Below are positions 15,798 through 25,035 of a stretch of 64,000 bases of DNA, piece after piece. The notes under the pieces were generated by a model. That model ran no database searches, was not told where the DNA came from, and was given only the letters and a program-made list of their open reading frames with translations. The number at the start of each line of letters is the position of its first letter. The stretch's first letter is position 1. Made by a program: the position numbers and the translations under genes. The stretch is from a virus (Duplodnaviria; Caudoviricetes), in IMG/VR virus record IMGVR_UViG_3300048917_000432, positions 993 to 64,992 of that record; one strand, 5' to 3'.

Positions 15798-18347
15798 ATG
15801 AGTCTGTCCCTGCCCGACCTGCTGGACCTGCTCGGCTACTCCGCCGGTGAGCTGGTCCAGACTGCGAGTGCCCACCCCGGCGGTGCGTTCACCACCGCGG
15901 TCCATCCCTACAACGACCTGCCCACCTTCGACCCCGACGCCGACCACTGGTTCGGGGTCAACCCGGTGGTGTACCCGACCGGCCGGTCCGGCAGCCCCAG
16001 GCCCAATGCCGACGAGGTGACCAGGCTGGCCGCGCTCTGGTCCGACCTGGACGTGAAGATCGGCGGCTGCCCCGACTGGGCTGTCGCGCAGGCCATCGTG
16101 GACACGCTGTCCGGCCTGCTGGGCACCAGGCCCAGCGCGCTGGTCTACAGCGGTCACGGAATCCAGCCGTACTGGACGGTCGAGAACCAGCCCATCGGCG
16201 ACGAGGTTGCGCCCGGCTCCGACGTGCTGCCCATCCCGCGCCCGGCGGCCAGGGCCATCCTGCGGCGCTGGCATCGGCTGGTGGCCAGGGTGGCCGAGCT
16301 GCACGGCGCCAAGGTCGACTCGGTGTTCGACCTGCCGCGCATCCTGCGCATGCCGGGCTCGGTGAATCACAAGAATGCGGCCGACCCGAAACCGGTGCTG
16401 GCACTGCCGGGCGACGGGGCACCGCTGGACCTCGAGCGGATCGACGAGGTGCTGACCGAGTACGGCATCCCGGAGCAGCCCGGCGACATGGACGATCCGG
16501 GCGTCATGGTCTCGCCCCCGGAGGATTGGACGTGGGCTCCGCAGGTCTGCGGCTACGTCAAGTCGCTGGTCAAGCGCTGGGCCACCGATGAGCCGAAGAT
16601 GGGGCGGCACCCTTGGCTGTTGGGTCAGTGCGTGCGCATCGGGGCCATGCACCGCTACGGCTGCCTGAGCGAGCAGGGCCGGGAGGATGTGCTCGAAGCA
16701 CTTGTCACCCGGTTCCGCGAGCTGCTGGTCACCCATGGGGACAAGCGCGAGGAGGCACCGGGCGAGATCGCCGATGCGTTCAGCTGGGGCCAGAACCGCG
16801 CCGCGGCGTTGTCGGACGACCAGGTGGCCAGCGAGCTCGGTGCCCACCAGCACTCGACCGACCGGCCACCCGTGGTCGTCTCCAACCCCTCCACTGCTGC
16901 GGCTCCCGGGGCAGCAGCAGCGCCGGCGGCACCGGCACCGGTGGTCATCGGCGGCTATTCCTGCACCGACGACGGCAACGCGCTGCGGTTCGTGGATGAA
17001 CACCGTCACCACCTGCGGTACGCACCGCATCGTGACCAGTGGCTGTCCTGGACCGGCACCCACTGGTCGCTCTGTCCCGACAACGGCCCGGCGATCACCG
17101 CGGCCCGGGACACCATCAGGGGCATCGATCCGGGGACCAGCGAGGCGCTGGAGAAGTGGCGCAAGGCCTCGCTGGGTGCGGGGAAGCTGTCCGCCATGGT
17201 GTCGCTGGCCTCGGCCGACGAGGCCATGCGGGTGACACCGGCACAACTCAATGCCGACCCGTACGCGCTCAACACCCCCACCGGCACGGTGGACCTGCGT
17301 ACCGGAGCCGTGCGGCCGTGTGATCCCGAGGATCTGATCACCCGGGTCACCAAGGCTTCTTTCGACCGGGCGGCCAGTTGCCCGCAGTGGCTGGCCTTCC
17401 TGGACTACGCGTTCTCCGGCAACACCGAGATGATCGCGTTCCTGGCCCGGCTGGTCGGCTACTCGGCCTGTGGGGTGGTGTCCGAGGCGGTGCTGCCGTT
17501 CCTGCACGGGCCGGGCAAGAACGGCAAGACCGTGTTCCTGGAGACCAACACCAGGGTGCTGGGCAACTACGCCGAACCGGCTGCGCCCGATCTGCTGCTG
17601 GCCGGGGCGCACCGGGACGAGTCGGCGATCGCTGACCTGGCCGAGCTGCGCTTCGTCATCGCCAGCGAGGTCAACCAGAAGGACAAGTTCGACGAGGCCA
17701 AGGTCAAGCAGCTCACCGGCGGCGACACCATCAAGGCCAGGCACCTGTATGCGAAACACTTCGCGTTCGAACCCACCTGGACCATCTGGCTGATGGGCAA
17801 CCACCAGCCCAGGGTGGAAGCGGGCGGCGAGGGGTTCTGGCGGCGACTCAAGCTCATCCCGTTCCACGTCACCGTCCCCGAATCCAAGCGAGACAGCACG
17901 CTGAAGGAGCGGCTGCCGGTGGAAGAGGGGTCGGGGATCCTCAACTGGATCATCGCCGGGGCGATGGATTTCTTCACCACCACCAGCCTGCGCGCTCCTG
18001 CCGAGGTCACCGCGGCGACCGAGACCTACGCGGAGGAAGAGGACGCGCTGGGCCGGTTCATCGCCGACCTGTGCCTGATCAACCAGGAGGGCGAGGAAAC
18101 CCGCATCTCCGACATCTACGAGAGCTACACCCGCTGGTGCAAGGCGGAGTCGGAGGATCCCATCACCCAGACCCTGTTCGGTCGGGAGATGAAGAACCGC
18201 TACCACGTCAAGCAGCGCAGGACGGCCAGTGCCCGGTTCTACGTCGGCATGGTGCTCCGCGCGCACAAGGAGGCCGAGGACGACCGGCGGCGACGCGAAG
18301 ACGCCTGGGCCGATGACCCCAGACTCGAGGACTGGAGAACGCGATGA
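15798..18347 (+). CDS. DNA primase-helicase (AEP primase + D5_N + P4-type SF3 helicase)
   Basis: LWSDLDVK, YSGHGIQPYW, RILRMPGSVNHK; TDDGNALRF; Walker A GPGKNGKT; KQLTGGDTIKARHLY. Confidence 0.9.
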   Translation: MSLSLPDLLDLLGYSAGELVQTASAHPGGAFTTAVHPYNDLPTFDPDADHWFGVNPVVYPTGRSGSPRPNADEVTRLAALWSDLDVKIGGCPDWAVAQAIVDTLSGLLGTRPSALVYSGHGIQPYWTVENQPIGDEVAPGSDVLPIPRPAARAILRRWHRLVARVAELHGAKVDSVFDLPRILRMPGSVNHKNAADPKPVLALPGDGAPLDLERIDEVLTEYGIPEQPGDMDDPGVMVSPPEDWTWAPQVCGYVKSLVKRWATDEPKMGRHPWLLGQCVRIGAMHRYGCLSEQGREDVLEALVTRFRELLVTHGDKREEAPGEIADAFSWGQNRAAALSDDQVASELGAHQHSTDRPPVVVSNPSTAAAPGAAAAPAAPAPVVIGGYSCTDDGNALRFVDEHRHHLRYAPHRDQWLSWTGTHWSLCPDNGPAITAARDTIRGIDPGTSEALEKWRKASLGAGKLSAMVSLASADEAMRVTPAQLNADPYALNTPTGTVDLRTGAVRPCDPEDLITRVTKASFDRAASCPQWLAFLDYAFSGNTEMIAFLARLVGYSACGVVSEAVLPFLHGPGKNGKTVFLETNTRVLGNYAEPAAPDLLLAGAHRDESAIADLAELRFVIASEVNQKDKFDEAKVKQLTGGDTIKARHLYAKHFAFEPTWTIWLMGNHQPRVEAGGEGFWRRLKLIPFHVTVPESKRDSTLKERLPVEEGSGILNWIIAGAMDFFTTTSLRAPAEVTAATETYAEEEDALGRFIADLCLINQEGEETRISDIYESYTRWCKAESEDPITQTLFGREMKNRYHVKQRRTASARFYVGMVLRAHKEAEDDRRRREDAWADDPRLEDWRTR

Positions 18348-18535
18348 GGACCACTGACAGGCATGGAAATGTCTGGTTCGGGGCCGAGCACCAGTGCCCA
18401 GCATGCTTCCCGCCGGTCTCGGAGGATGGCTACCACTGTCACGAATGCGGCCGGCTGTTCCCGACTCTGGCCGAGTTCGATGCACATCGACACCTAGGTG
18501 GCCTGGCCCAGCTCCAAGCGGTGACGGGTTTGTGA
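18344..18535 (+). CDS. Small C2H2-type zinc finger protein
   Basis: CPAC and CHECGRLF..FDAH..H; ATGA overlap. Confidence 0.55.
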   Translation: MRTTDRHGNVWFGAEHQCPACFPPVSEDGYHCHECGRLFPTLAEFDAHRHLGGLAQLQAVTGL

Positions 18536-18722
18536 CGGCTTTATGCGGAGTTTTTGGGGGTAGTTGTCATGGCTCTGATCAGCGAAGAAGGCCCTAATGA
18601 CAGGTATGACAGGTATTCCCTCCCCTTCACGTGAGAGAGACCGGTATTTATATACCTATGTGTATATAGAGATGAAATAGCGGGACATGTCATCCGGTCA
18701 TCCTGTCATCGGCCCGTCATAC
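18521..18722. other. Putative replication origin
   Basis: TGAC(A/G)GG repeats on left, inverted GTCAT repeats on right, AT-rich core 18645-18680; directly after primase-helicase. Confidence 0.6.
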
Positions 18723-18735
18723 CCAGGAGGAAGCC

Positions 18736-19173
18736 ATGAGTCCGACCCCTACCCCCATGCCTCGGTGGCTGGTCGAACGCCTGGACGCGGCCGGCTACAT
18801 CGATGCCCAGATGGGTGCCAGCCGCAAGGCCAGGGCGCTGAGTTGTCCCCGGTGCGGTGAGCCATTGCTCCGGGCCCTGGACGCGGACGTGTGCGCCCTC
18901 ACGGTCGATGCGGACCCCTACCCGTTGGCCCCGGAGTCCGAAGCGCTGGCCGCGCTCATGGAAATCCCGACCTTCGAGCTGAGCTGGCGGGGCGATCACT
19001 ACGAGCTGGACCGGCGTGACCAGTGGCGGATGCGGGGCAGGCCCGCGAGCAAACCAGGGGTGCAGATCCTGGCCGCGCATCGCTGTGGCCAGGCCCGCCT
19101 GCCGGGCAGGACACCCGGTGGCCACAGAACGGTCCATAGCCCGGCTGCTTACCCCGACGAACCCCCTTTTTGA
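18736..19173 (+). CDS. Hypothetical protein with Zn ribbon
   Basis: RBS AGGAGG; CPRCG..ALDAD..AAHRC. Confidence 0.7.
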   Translation: MSPTPTPMPRWLVERLDAAGYIDAQMGASRKARALSCPRCGEPLLRALDADVCALTVDADPYPLAPESEALAALMEIPTFELSWRGDHYELDRRDQWRMRGRPASKPGVQILAAHRCGQARLPGRTPGGHRTVHSPAAYPDEPPF

Positions 19174-19194
19174 GGCAGAGAGGCGCTGAGGGCC

Positions 19195-19635
19195 TTGATC
19201 CTGATCGAGATGCCGGCGACCGAGTTCCCGGGCAAGCTGCTGAACGTCAACAGCCAGCGCGGTCACAGCCGGGTCTACGGCCGGCTGGCCGATCCCTGGC
19301 GCAAATACGGCAAGCGCAAGGCACTTGCGCTGGGTGTCGAAGCACTTGAGACTCCAGTGGTGATCTGGGCCCACTTCCGGTTCGCCGACAACCGCAGGAG
19401 AGACACGTCCAACCTGTACCCGACGCTGAAAGCCCTGGTGGACGGGTTCGTGGATGCCGGCCTGATCCCCGATGACTGCGATGGGGTGATCCACGGACCA
19501 CACCTGCAGCGCGAGTATCCCAACGGTTCACCACGGCTGCTGGTCACGCTGCAGTCGGTCGGATACGAAGCACTTGGGCTGAAATCGCGAAGCACTCTGT
19601 CGAAAGCCAAGGCACTTGGTACGCGTGGGACGTAA
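19195..19635 (+). CDS. RusA-like Holliday junction resolvase
   Basis: RRRDTSNLYPTLKALVDGFVDAGLIPDD. Confidence 0.8.
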   Translation: MILIEMPATEFPGKLLNVNSQRGHSRVYGRLADPWRKYGKRKALALGVEALETPVVIWAHFRFADNRRRDTSNLYPTLKALVDGFVDAGLIPDDCDGVIHGPHLQREYPNGSPRLLVTLQSVGYEALGLKSRSTLSKAKALGTRGT

Positions 19636-19766
19636 GTGACACTAGGGGCTGCTGCTTTGAGAAATGGAGCATTCCTACAAGCCGGTTGTAGGAACCCTCC
19701 AACTGGTTGTGTGTGTCTGACCTGCGCGAATGCCGTTCGTGCGGGAAGATCTGGGCAAGGAGAGCC

Positions 19767-20018
19767 ATGAGCGAGAACCAGCAGTTGACCGTGACCAGCA
19801 CGGCTGGAGTGGCCATTGGCTGCCCCGGAGGGCCTGGTCACCCCAGTGGTGCCAGCCAGGAGCTGGTGCTGGGCACCGTTGCCGACATCGTCGAAGCGGT
19901 GGAATACCTGCCCCGGTTCCTGCATGACGTGAAGCCAGGCCTGCTGGTGGTGTGCCAATGCGAGCTGGCCGAGATCATCCAGGTGATGGCCGGCAAGCTG
20001 GCTGCGACCAAGCCATGA
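19767..20018 (+). CDS. Hypothetical protein
   Basis: RBS AAGGAGAG. Confidence 0.55.
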   Translation: MSENQQLTVTSTAGVAIGCPGGPGHPSGASQELVLGTVADIVEAVEYLPRFLHDVKPGLLVVCQCELAEIIQVMAGKLAATKP

Positions 20019-20200
20019 CCAACGACGAGGTCCAGGCCGCGGTGACGACCTTCCTCGAGACCTTGGGGTTCGGCATGAACCAGGTGGCCTCGGTCAGCAT
20101 TACCCCCGGTCTCATTGACGTGGTGCTCGTGGAACGCCACGACGACCCGGGCAAGGCCGTCACCACCACCCACACCACCATCAAGTGGATCCCGTCATGA
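20015..20200 (+). CDS. Hypothetical protein
   Basis: ATGA overlap. Confidence 0.55.
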   Translation: MTNDEVQAAVTTFLETLGFGMNQVASVSITPGLIDVVLVERHDDPGKAVTTTHTTIKWIPS

Positions 20201-20484
20201 GCTATGAGTCCGTCTTTGCCACTTCGCGCCAGCGTGGCGGTCTCGACTGGCCGGACCGACGCTGGGGGGCCAGGGTCACGCCCAGCCAGCTGGCGCGTCA
20301 GGACGAGAAGTGGACCAGGGAGCACTGCGGTGCGGAGAGCACCGTGGTCATGCCCAAGCTGGCCCAGAAGATCCACGGCGGTCGCCAGCATTACGTCTGC
20401 GGCCTGACCCGGGGCCACATGGGTCAGCATCGCTGGCCGGGCGATCCCAAGCTGTCGCCTCTGGCGCAGTGGCCGGCCTGGTAG
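20197..20484 (+). CDS. Hypothetical protein
   Basis: ATGA overlap; C..CGL..GH.G.H. Confidence 0.55.
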   Translation: MSYESVFATSRQRGGLDWPDRRWGARVTPSQLARQDEKWTREHCGAESTVVMPKLAQKIHGGRQHYVCGLTRGHMGQHRWPGDPKLSPLAQWPAW

Positions 20485-20508
20485 GCGAGCAGTGGCCTGG
20501 GGCAAATC

Positions 20509-20715
20509 ATGAGCATCACCTGGGGGCAGGCTGAGGACCTGATCGAGGAGAACTGGGGCGACTGGTCCTACGGCGATCCCGACTGGTGGGCGGACATGGT
20601 CGAGGTGCTGATGGAATATCCGTCGGTCAAGGCGCTCCGCCGGTCCGACCTGTGGCGCCGGCACGCGATGCGACTACCGAACCGCTGGCCGGGCGCCAAG
20701 ACCGCCGGCCGATGA
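20509..20715 (+). CDS. Hypothetical protein
   Basis: Trp-rich compact ORF. Confidence 0.5.
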   Translation: MSITWGQAEDLIEENWGDWSYGDPDWWADMVEVLMEYPSVKALRRSDLWRRHAMRLPNRWPGAKTAGR

Positions 20716-20852
20716 GCGCACTGGAATGGGTCCTGCTGATCCTGTGCATCCTCAGCGGGATCGCCCTGACCGTCGGCTGGGGGATCGTGGTGTGGGAGCA
20801 GATCCGCTGGGACTGGCGCACCCGCGACGCACCCTGGCGGAAGTGGCCGTGA
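20712..20852 (+). CDS. Single-TM membrane protein
   Basis: ATGA overlap, hydrophobic helix. Confidence 0.5.
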   Translation: MSALEWVLLILCILSGIALTVGWGIVVWEQIRWDWRTRDAPWRKWP

Positions 20853-20920
20853 GCGACGTCCTGGTGTTCGTCGCCCTCGTCGCCGTCCTGACGCTGATGT
20901 TGTGGCCGGCGCGCCGGTGA
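20849..20920 (+). CDS. 23-aa single-TM peptide
   Basis: GTGA overlaps at both ends; VSDVLVFVALVAVLTLMLWPARR. Confidence 0.4.
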   Translation: MSDVLVFVALVAVLTLMLWPARR

Positions 20921-21465
20921 GTTCCACCTGCAACCAGTGCGATGCGCCCATCGAATGGGCCCTCACGCCCAAGGGCAAGTGGATCCCGCTCGACCCCGAG
21001 GAGGACATCTTCGGCACCGTCGCGGTGAACAGTTTCGGCCCGGAGCCGACCTGCCGGTTCCTGCAGCCGGGTCAGGAGCCGTGGGACACCGAGAGCCTGC
21101 GGGTCAAGCATTTCGACACCTGCGGCAAGCCCCGGCCGCAGGTGCCGGAACCGCAGCCACCGGTGGACCTGGGCCCGGCCTACACCGAGGACAAGGTCGA
21201 TGCGGAGAAGCTGGCCTGGCTGAACGGCCTGACCGATGCCCAGTTCCTGTACGCGTTCATCGCCTACGCGCCCACCCCGTCGGCGTACCTGGTGGCGCGT
21301 AACCTCCGATTGGTCGAGATCGCCCGGAAGTTGGAGGCTCGCAGTGATCAAGAGCCTGTGGGCGTCGATCCAGGGGGATCCGGCCTTCATGCGCAAGGTC
21401 AACGGATACTTGACCCTGTTCTGGATCCTGATGATCCCGATCTCGATAGTGACTGGCTGGATTAG
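20917..21465 (+). CDS. Zn-binding hypothetical protein
   Basis: CNQCDAPIEWALTPKGKWIPLD..HFDTC. Confidence 0.65.
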   Translation: MSSTCNQCDAPIEWALTPKGKWIPLDPEEDIFGTVAVNSFGPEPTCRFLQPGQEPWDTESLRVKHFDTCGKPRPQVPEPQPPVDLGPAYTEDKVDAEKLAWLNGLTDAQFLYAFIAYAPTPSAYLVARNLRLVEIARKLEARSDQEPVGVDPGGSGLHAQGQRILDPVLDPDDPDLDSDWLD

Positions 21466-21637
21466 CTCGGTGGCTTACGTGTCGGCATTGAGCCTGTGGG
21501 CCTTGGTGTCCGGGCATTGGAGCGCGTGGCAGGCGGCCAGGGTCGAAGTGAAGCAGCAGGAGGACGTCGACGTGGCTCAGGTGCTGGCCGTCGTCACCGA
21601 GATCCGGGATCACCAGCGTAGGCGGGACACGCCATGA
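21344..21637 (+). CDS. Two-TM membrane protein
   Basis: GGAGG RBS before GTG; two TM helices; overlaps upstream ORF by 122 nt. Confidence 0.6.
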   Translation: MIKSLWASIQGDPAFMRKVNGYLTLFWILMIPISIVTGWISSVAYVSALSLWALVSGHWSAWQAARVEVKQQEDVDVAQVLAVVTEIRDHQRRRDTP

Positions 21638-22170
21638 AGCCACCCGAGAGGCCACTCGCCCCCTTGGCCAATGCGCTGCGGGCGATGAATGCGCCGGTGA
21701 CCATCCTGGAGCATTCCGACGTGAGCGAGTGGGGCCGGCGGGAGTGGACCTACGAGGTGCGCTACCGGGACACCGATCGCAGCGTCAGCTGTGCCACCAG
21801 CACCATCGGCGGGGCGGCGTTGCAGTCATCGCCGGCGCCGCACCAGGTGGTGGACGACGTGCTGGTCACCCTGCTGCAGCAGGTGGGCTTCCCCCAGGAG
21901 CTCATCCTGCAGGCCGTGGAGGTGAGCCGCCGGCTACCCGAGAGCGCGTTCCAGTGCGAGATGGTCGGGGGTTACCACGACGGGGCGATCCTGGCCGACG
22001 TTGCGCTCGACGAATACGGTTTCCCCCCGCCGAAGATCATCCTGCTGCTGCCCGTGAGCTTCGAGCTGAGCCAGCTCGAGGACGGCGTGGCCGAGGTGGA
22101 AGTCCCCACTGCCACCTATACCCGCGATCGACTGTCCCCTGAGAGGCGTACATGGCTGTACCGGACGTGA
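21634..22170 (+). CDS. Hypothetical protein
   Basis: ATGA overlap. Confidence 0.6.
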   Translation: MKPPERPLAPLANALRAMNAPVTILEHSDVSEWGRREWTYEVRYRDTDRSVSCATSTIGGAALQSSPAPHQVVDDVLVTLLQQVGFPQELILQAVEVSRRLPESAFQCEMVGGYHDGAILADVALDEYGFPPPKIILLLPVSFELSQLEDGVAEVEVPTATYTRDRLSPERRTWLYRT

Positions 22171-22406
22171 CCGAGGCATTCGTCGTCGTCTACTCCAACG
22201 GTGGGCTCTGGGAAGTCGTGGGGCCGATTCGCTGGAAGCGCGAGGTGGCCGAGGCTCACGTCCTGGTGCTCGAAGCCGACAGCGGCTCAGCCCACTCGGC
22301 CTTCTTCGTAGCCACCCTGACCTGGAGTGATGATGACCCAAGCGGATCTGATCGACCTGACGTCGCGCCAGTGCGTCTGCGACCCATGCGACCTGCCCCG
22401 CGCTAA
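22167..22406 (+). CDS. Hypothetical protein
   Basis: GTGA overlap; 3' end overlaps next ORF. Confidence 0.4.
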   Translation: MTEAFVVVYSNGGLWEVVGPIRWKREVAEAHVLVLEADSGSAHSAFFVATLTWSDDDPSGSDRPDVAPVRLRPMRPAPR

Positions 22407-22560
22407 CGGCGGCCGGTGCCCATCGATGGACACCGTCTACGAGACCCGCACCGGCGGTCTGGTGCACGCCAGCCACTGCATCCCGTGTGCCTTCTGCAGC
22501 CCGAATGACGAGCTGGTGGTGGAGTCGATCACCGGGGCCGTGCCGGATGATGGGGGCTGA
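22327..22560 (+). CDS. Cys-rich hypothetical protein
   Basis: CVCDPC..C..HCIPCAFC. Confidence 0.5.
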   Translation: MMMTQADLIDLTSRQCVCDPCDLPRANGGRCPSMDTVYETRTGGLVHASHCIPCAFCSPNDELVVESITGAVPDDGG

Positions 22561-22573
22561 CAAGGGGGAGTGC

Positions 22574-22744
22574 ATGGGGGCAGGCGCCATTGGCTGGCTG
22601 CTGGGCGTGGGTACGGGGGCGTCGATCGTGGTGCTGATCGCCGATTACCGAGAGGCCCAGCGGGATCGCCGGGAACAGGCCCTGCAGGAAGCCCGGCGCA
22701 AGGCCTGGTCCGAGCCCCTTCGCCTGTACACCCACGACTACTGA
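22574..22744 (+). CDS. Single-TM protein
   Basis: RBS AGGGGGAG, N-terminal TM helix. Confidence 0.5.
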   Translation: MGAGAIGWLLGVGTGASIVVLIADYREAQRDRREQALQEARRKAWSEPLRLYTHDY

Positions 22745-22777
22745 GCCGCGTGCTGCGTACTTTGCGACACTGGGCCT

Positions 22778-23140
22778 GTGGCTACCGTCCCGCTGGGCCC
22801 AGCGACCGTCGATCTGACCGGTGTGCGTGCCGGCGACCAGAACGCGGTCACGCTGACCATCACCAGCAAGGGCGCGCCCTACAACCTCACCGGCAAGACC
22901 GTCACCGCCTCGGCCCGGGCCACCCCGATCGACACCATCTCGCTGGATGCGGTGGTCGACGTGACCAACGCCGCCGGTGGGGTGTGCGTGGTCCGGTGGC
23001 CCGGCGATGCGGTCACCGAGATCCTGGCCGGCAAGGATGCCTGGAAGGGCGTCTGGGACCTGCAGGTGGCAGCTCCCGGGGAGGACGCGCTCACCTTGGT
23101 CGCCGGCAGATTCAGCGTCGTGATGGACGTGACCCGGTGA
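22778..23140 (+). CDS. BppU N-terminal-like Ig-fold tail adaptor
   Basis: [28 protein letters not shown]. Confidence 0.6.
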   Translation: MATVPLGPATVDLTGVRAGDQNAVTLTITSKGAPYNLTGKTVTASARATPIDTISLDAVVDVTNAAGGVCVVRWPGDAVTEILAGKDAWKGVWDLQVAAPGEDALTLVAGRFSVVMDVTR

Positions 23141-23751
23141 GCACCGAGCTCACCATCGACGTCGCCAATTCCACCATCGACGTCGCCGTGGACATGCCGG
23201 CGGTGTCGATCGGTGTGCCCGGTGCCGACGGTGCGCCCGGCCCGCAAGGCCCACCCGGTGAACCGGGCCCGCCCGGACCCTCGGGCGGGCCTCCCGGCCC
23301 GCAGGGCGATCCCGGTCCGACCGGACCCGAGGGGCCGACCGGCCCGAAAGGCGACAAGGGTGACCCGGGATCGACCGGACCTGCCGGGGCCGACTCCACG
23401 GTTCCCGGTCCTGCTGGTGCTGCTGGACCGCAGGGGCCGAAAGGTGATCAGGGCGACCCGGGACCCCAGGGCATCCAAGGTTTCATGGGCCCCAAGGGAG
23501 ACACCGGATCGCCCGGGGTAACCGGGGCACAGGGCCCGAAGGGCGACCAGGGCGACCCCGGCACGCCTGGAACGCAGGGCGTCCAGGGCGTGAAAGGTGA
23601 CCCTGGCGCCCAAGGGCCGAAGGGCGACACCGGTGCCACCGGCCCGACGGGACCGCAGGGCGCACAGGGGGTCTGGGTGCAGATGACGCAGGCCGCCTAC
23701 AACGCGCTGGGCGTGAAGGATCCGAACACGCTGTACGTCATACTCGGTTAG
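23137..23751 (+). CDS. Collagen-like tail fibre protein
   Basis: About 50 Gly-X-Y triplets; C-terminal [19 protein letters not shown]. Confidence 0.85.
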   Translation: MSTELTIDVANSTIDVAVDMPAVSIGVPGADGAPGPQGPPGEPGPPGPSGGPPGPQGDPGPTGPEGPTGPKGDKGDPGSTGPAGADSTVPGPAGAAGPQGPKGDQGDPGPQGIQGFMGPKGDTGSPGVTGAQGPKGDQGDPGTPGTQGVQGVKGDPGAQGPKGDTGATGPTGPQGAQGVWVQMTQAAYNALGVKDPNTLYVILG

Positions 23752-23753
23752 CG

Positions 23754-24404
23754 ATGCCCGTCCTCGGCACTGCCAACGCGCTCAAGCTCGGCAATCAGAA
23801 CGTGGATGCGACCTACGTCGGCACCACCAAGACCTGGCCGCTGGTGGTGGCCACGCCCGAGCACACCATCTGGCCGAACACGCCGTTCTCCCCGGCGCTG
23901 ACGGTGTACGCGGACGGCACGCCCAAGATCACTCTGGCCGGAGTGTTCTATCGGACCGGCACCGCTACCAACGGTTGGCGGATCAAGGGTGGCCGGGTCT
24001 ACGTCCCCGCGGGCGCAACGGGTTTGCCCGGCACCATGCAGATCATGCTCTATGTGACGCCGTACCACACCAAGCCGGACCTGGCCCTCCCCCCGGACCA
24101 GTCCAAGACGGTCCCGGTGGTCATCGGCTCCTGGGTCCGAGCTCTGTTCGACACGCCCCGACCGATGGCCGTCGGCACGACCGAGATGGCCTGGATCGGC
24201 TACACGTTCAACGACGGCCACTACCTGCACGTCCCGATCCCGGCCCCGGATCCGGTGCAGTCCTACGACGGCTCGACTATCTGGCGCGGGGCGGCCGACG
24301 ACGGTGGCGGCAACTTCTCGATCTATCGGATCGGCACCGGCCCCACCGACTACTCGATCGGCGGGGCCGCCTACGGCACCGATGCGATCTGGGACGAGGG
24401 CTGA
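23754..24404 (+). CDS. Fibre-tip protein with DUF4082-like beta domain
   Basis: N-terminal LKLG..TYVG..WP; ITLAGVFY..GGRVY..GSWVRALFDTP. Confidence 0.55.
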   Translation: MPVLGTANALKLGNQNVDATYVGTTKTWPLVVATPEHTIWPNTPFSPALTVYADGTPKITLAGVFYRTGTATNGWRIKGGRVYVPAGATGLPGTMQIMLYVTPYHTKPDLALPPDQSKTVPVVIGSWVRALFDTPRPMAVGTTEMAWIGYTFNDGHYLHVPIPAPDPVQSYDGSTIWRGAADDGGGNFSIYRIGTGPTDYSIGGAAYGTDAIWDEG

Positions 24405-24486
24405 GCGCATCTTGACCCGGTATCAACGCTTGGCCTGAGCGCTCGGAAATGGTGTCCGGGAAGAGCCCGGAACAAGCCAAACGCCA

Positions 24487-24515
24487 CCGCCCCCGTGAGT
24501 GGTCAACGGGGGCGG
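24487..24515. terminator. Hairpin between convergent genes
   Basis: ccgcccccgt/acgggggcgg inverted repeat. Confidence 0.55.
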
Positions 24516-24529
24516 CTGCGTGCGGGGAA

Positions 24530-24742
24530 CTACTTGTTCTGCTGGCTGTACTGCTGGGCGATCTGGTGGAGCTGGGCCTCGACCTGCTCCTGAGGAAGCC
24601 CGGCCTCCTGGGTGAGTGTCGTGACGTCCGGCTCGGAGCCCAGGCTGGACTCGTCCACGTCGGGGAAGGTGGCCTTGATCTGGGTCTTGGCCTGCTCCCA
24701 GTTCTCCTTCAGGGTCTTCTTGTCCTGCTGGCTGAGCGTCAT
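24530..24742 (-). CDS. CsbD/YjbJ-like protein
   Basis: NWEQAKTQIKATFPDVDESSL..GLPQEQVEAQL fits the CsbD pattern; RBS GAAAGGA. Confidence 0.6.
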   Translation of the reverse strand: MTLSQQDKKTLKENWEQAKTQIKATFPDVDESSLGSEPDVTTLTQEAGLPQEQVEAQLHQIAQQYSQQNK

Positions 24743-24811
24743 GGCCCGTCCTTTCTGTGGGGGCCGACGGTGGCCCCGCGGTACCGCCCTGGTGCCCGGC
24801 GGTCGCCGGGG

Positions 24812-25027
24812 CTAGTCGCCCTGGCGGGCGATGCCGGCCGAGGCCCACATCATGACGTCCTCGAGGTGGGTCATGGCCAGAGCCTTCTCCCGCCCTTCGG
24901 GAACCACGGAGTCGAGCTCGGTGGCCAGGCGTTTGCAGCCGGCGCGGACGCCGGCGTGCTCGTCGGCATGGTCGATGCGGCTGTTCGCGTGGTAGTCGAA
25001 CCTGCGGCTGATCTCGGCGGCGTCCAT
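24812..25027 (-). CDS. Acb2/Tad1-like helical-hairpin protein (candidate immune-signal sponge)
   Basis: RRFDYHA..GREKALAMTHLEDVMMWASAGIAR. Confidence 0.7.
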   Translation of the reverse strand: MDAAEISRRFDYHANSRIDHADEHAGVRAGCKRLATELDSVVPEGREKALAMTHLEDVMMWASAGIARQGD

Positions 25028-25035
25028 CGGGTCGG

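Noticed and set aside
15750-18485. 911-aa antisense ORF (also 34945-36849, 39637-41793, 47177-49261, 27891-29849 and others)
   Set aside because: Shadow ORFs expected from high GC3 opposite real genes; no motifs or RBS
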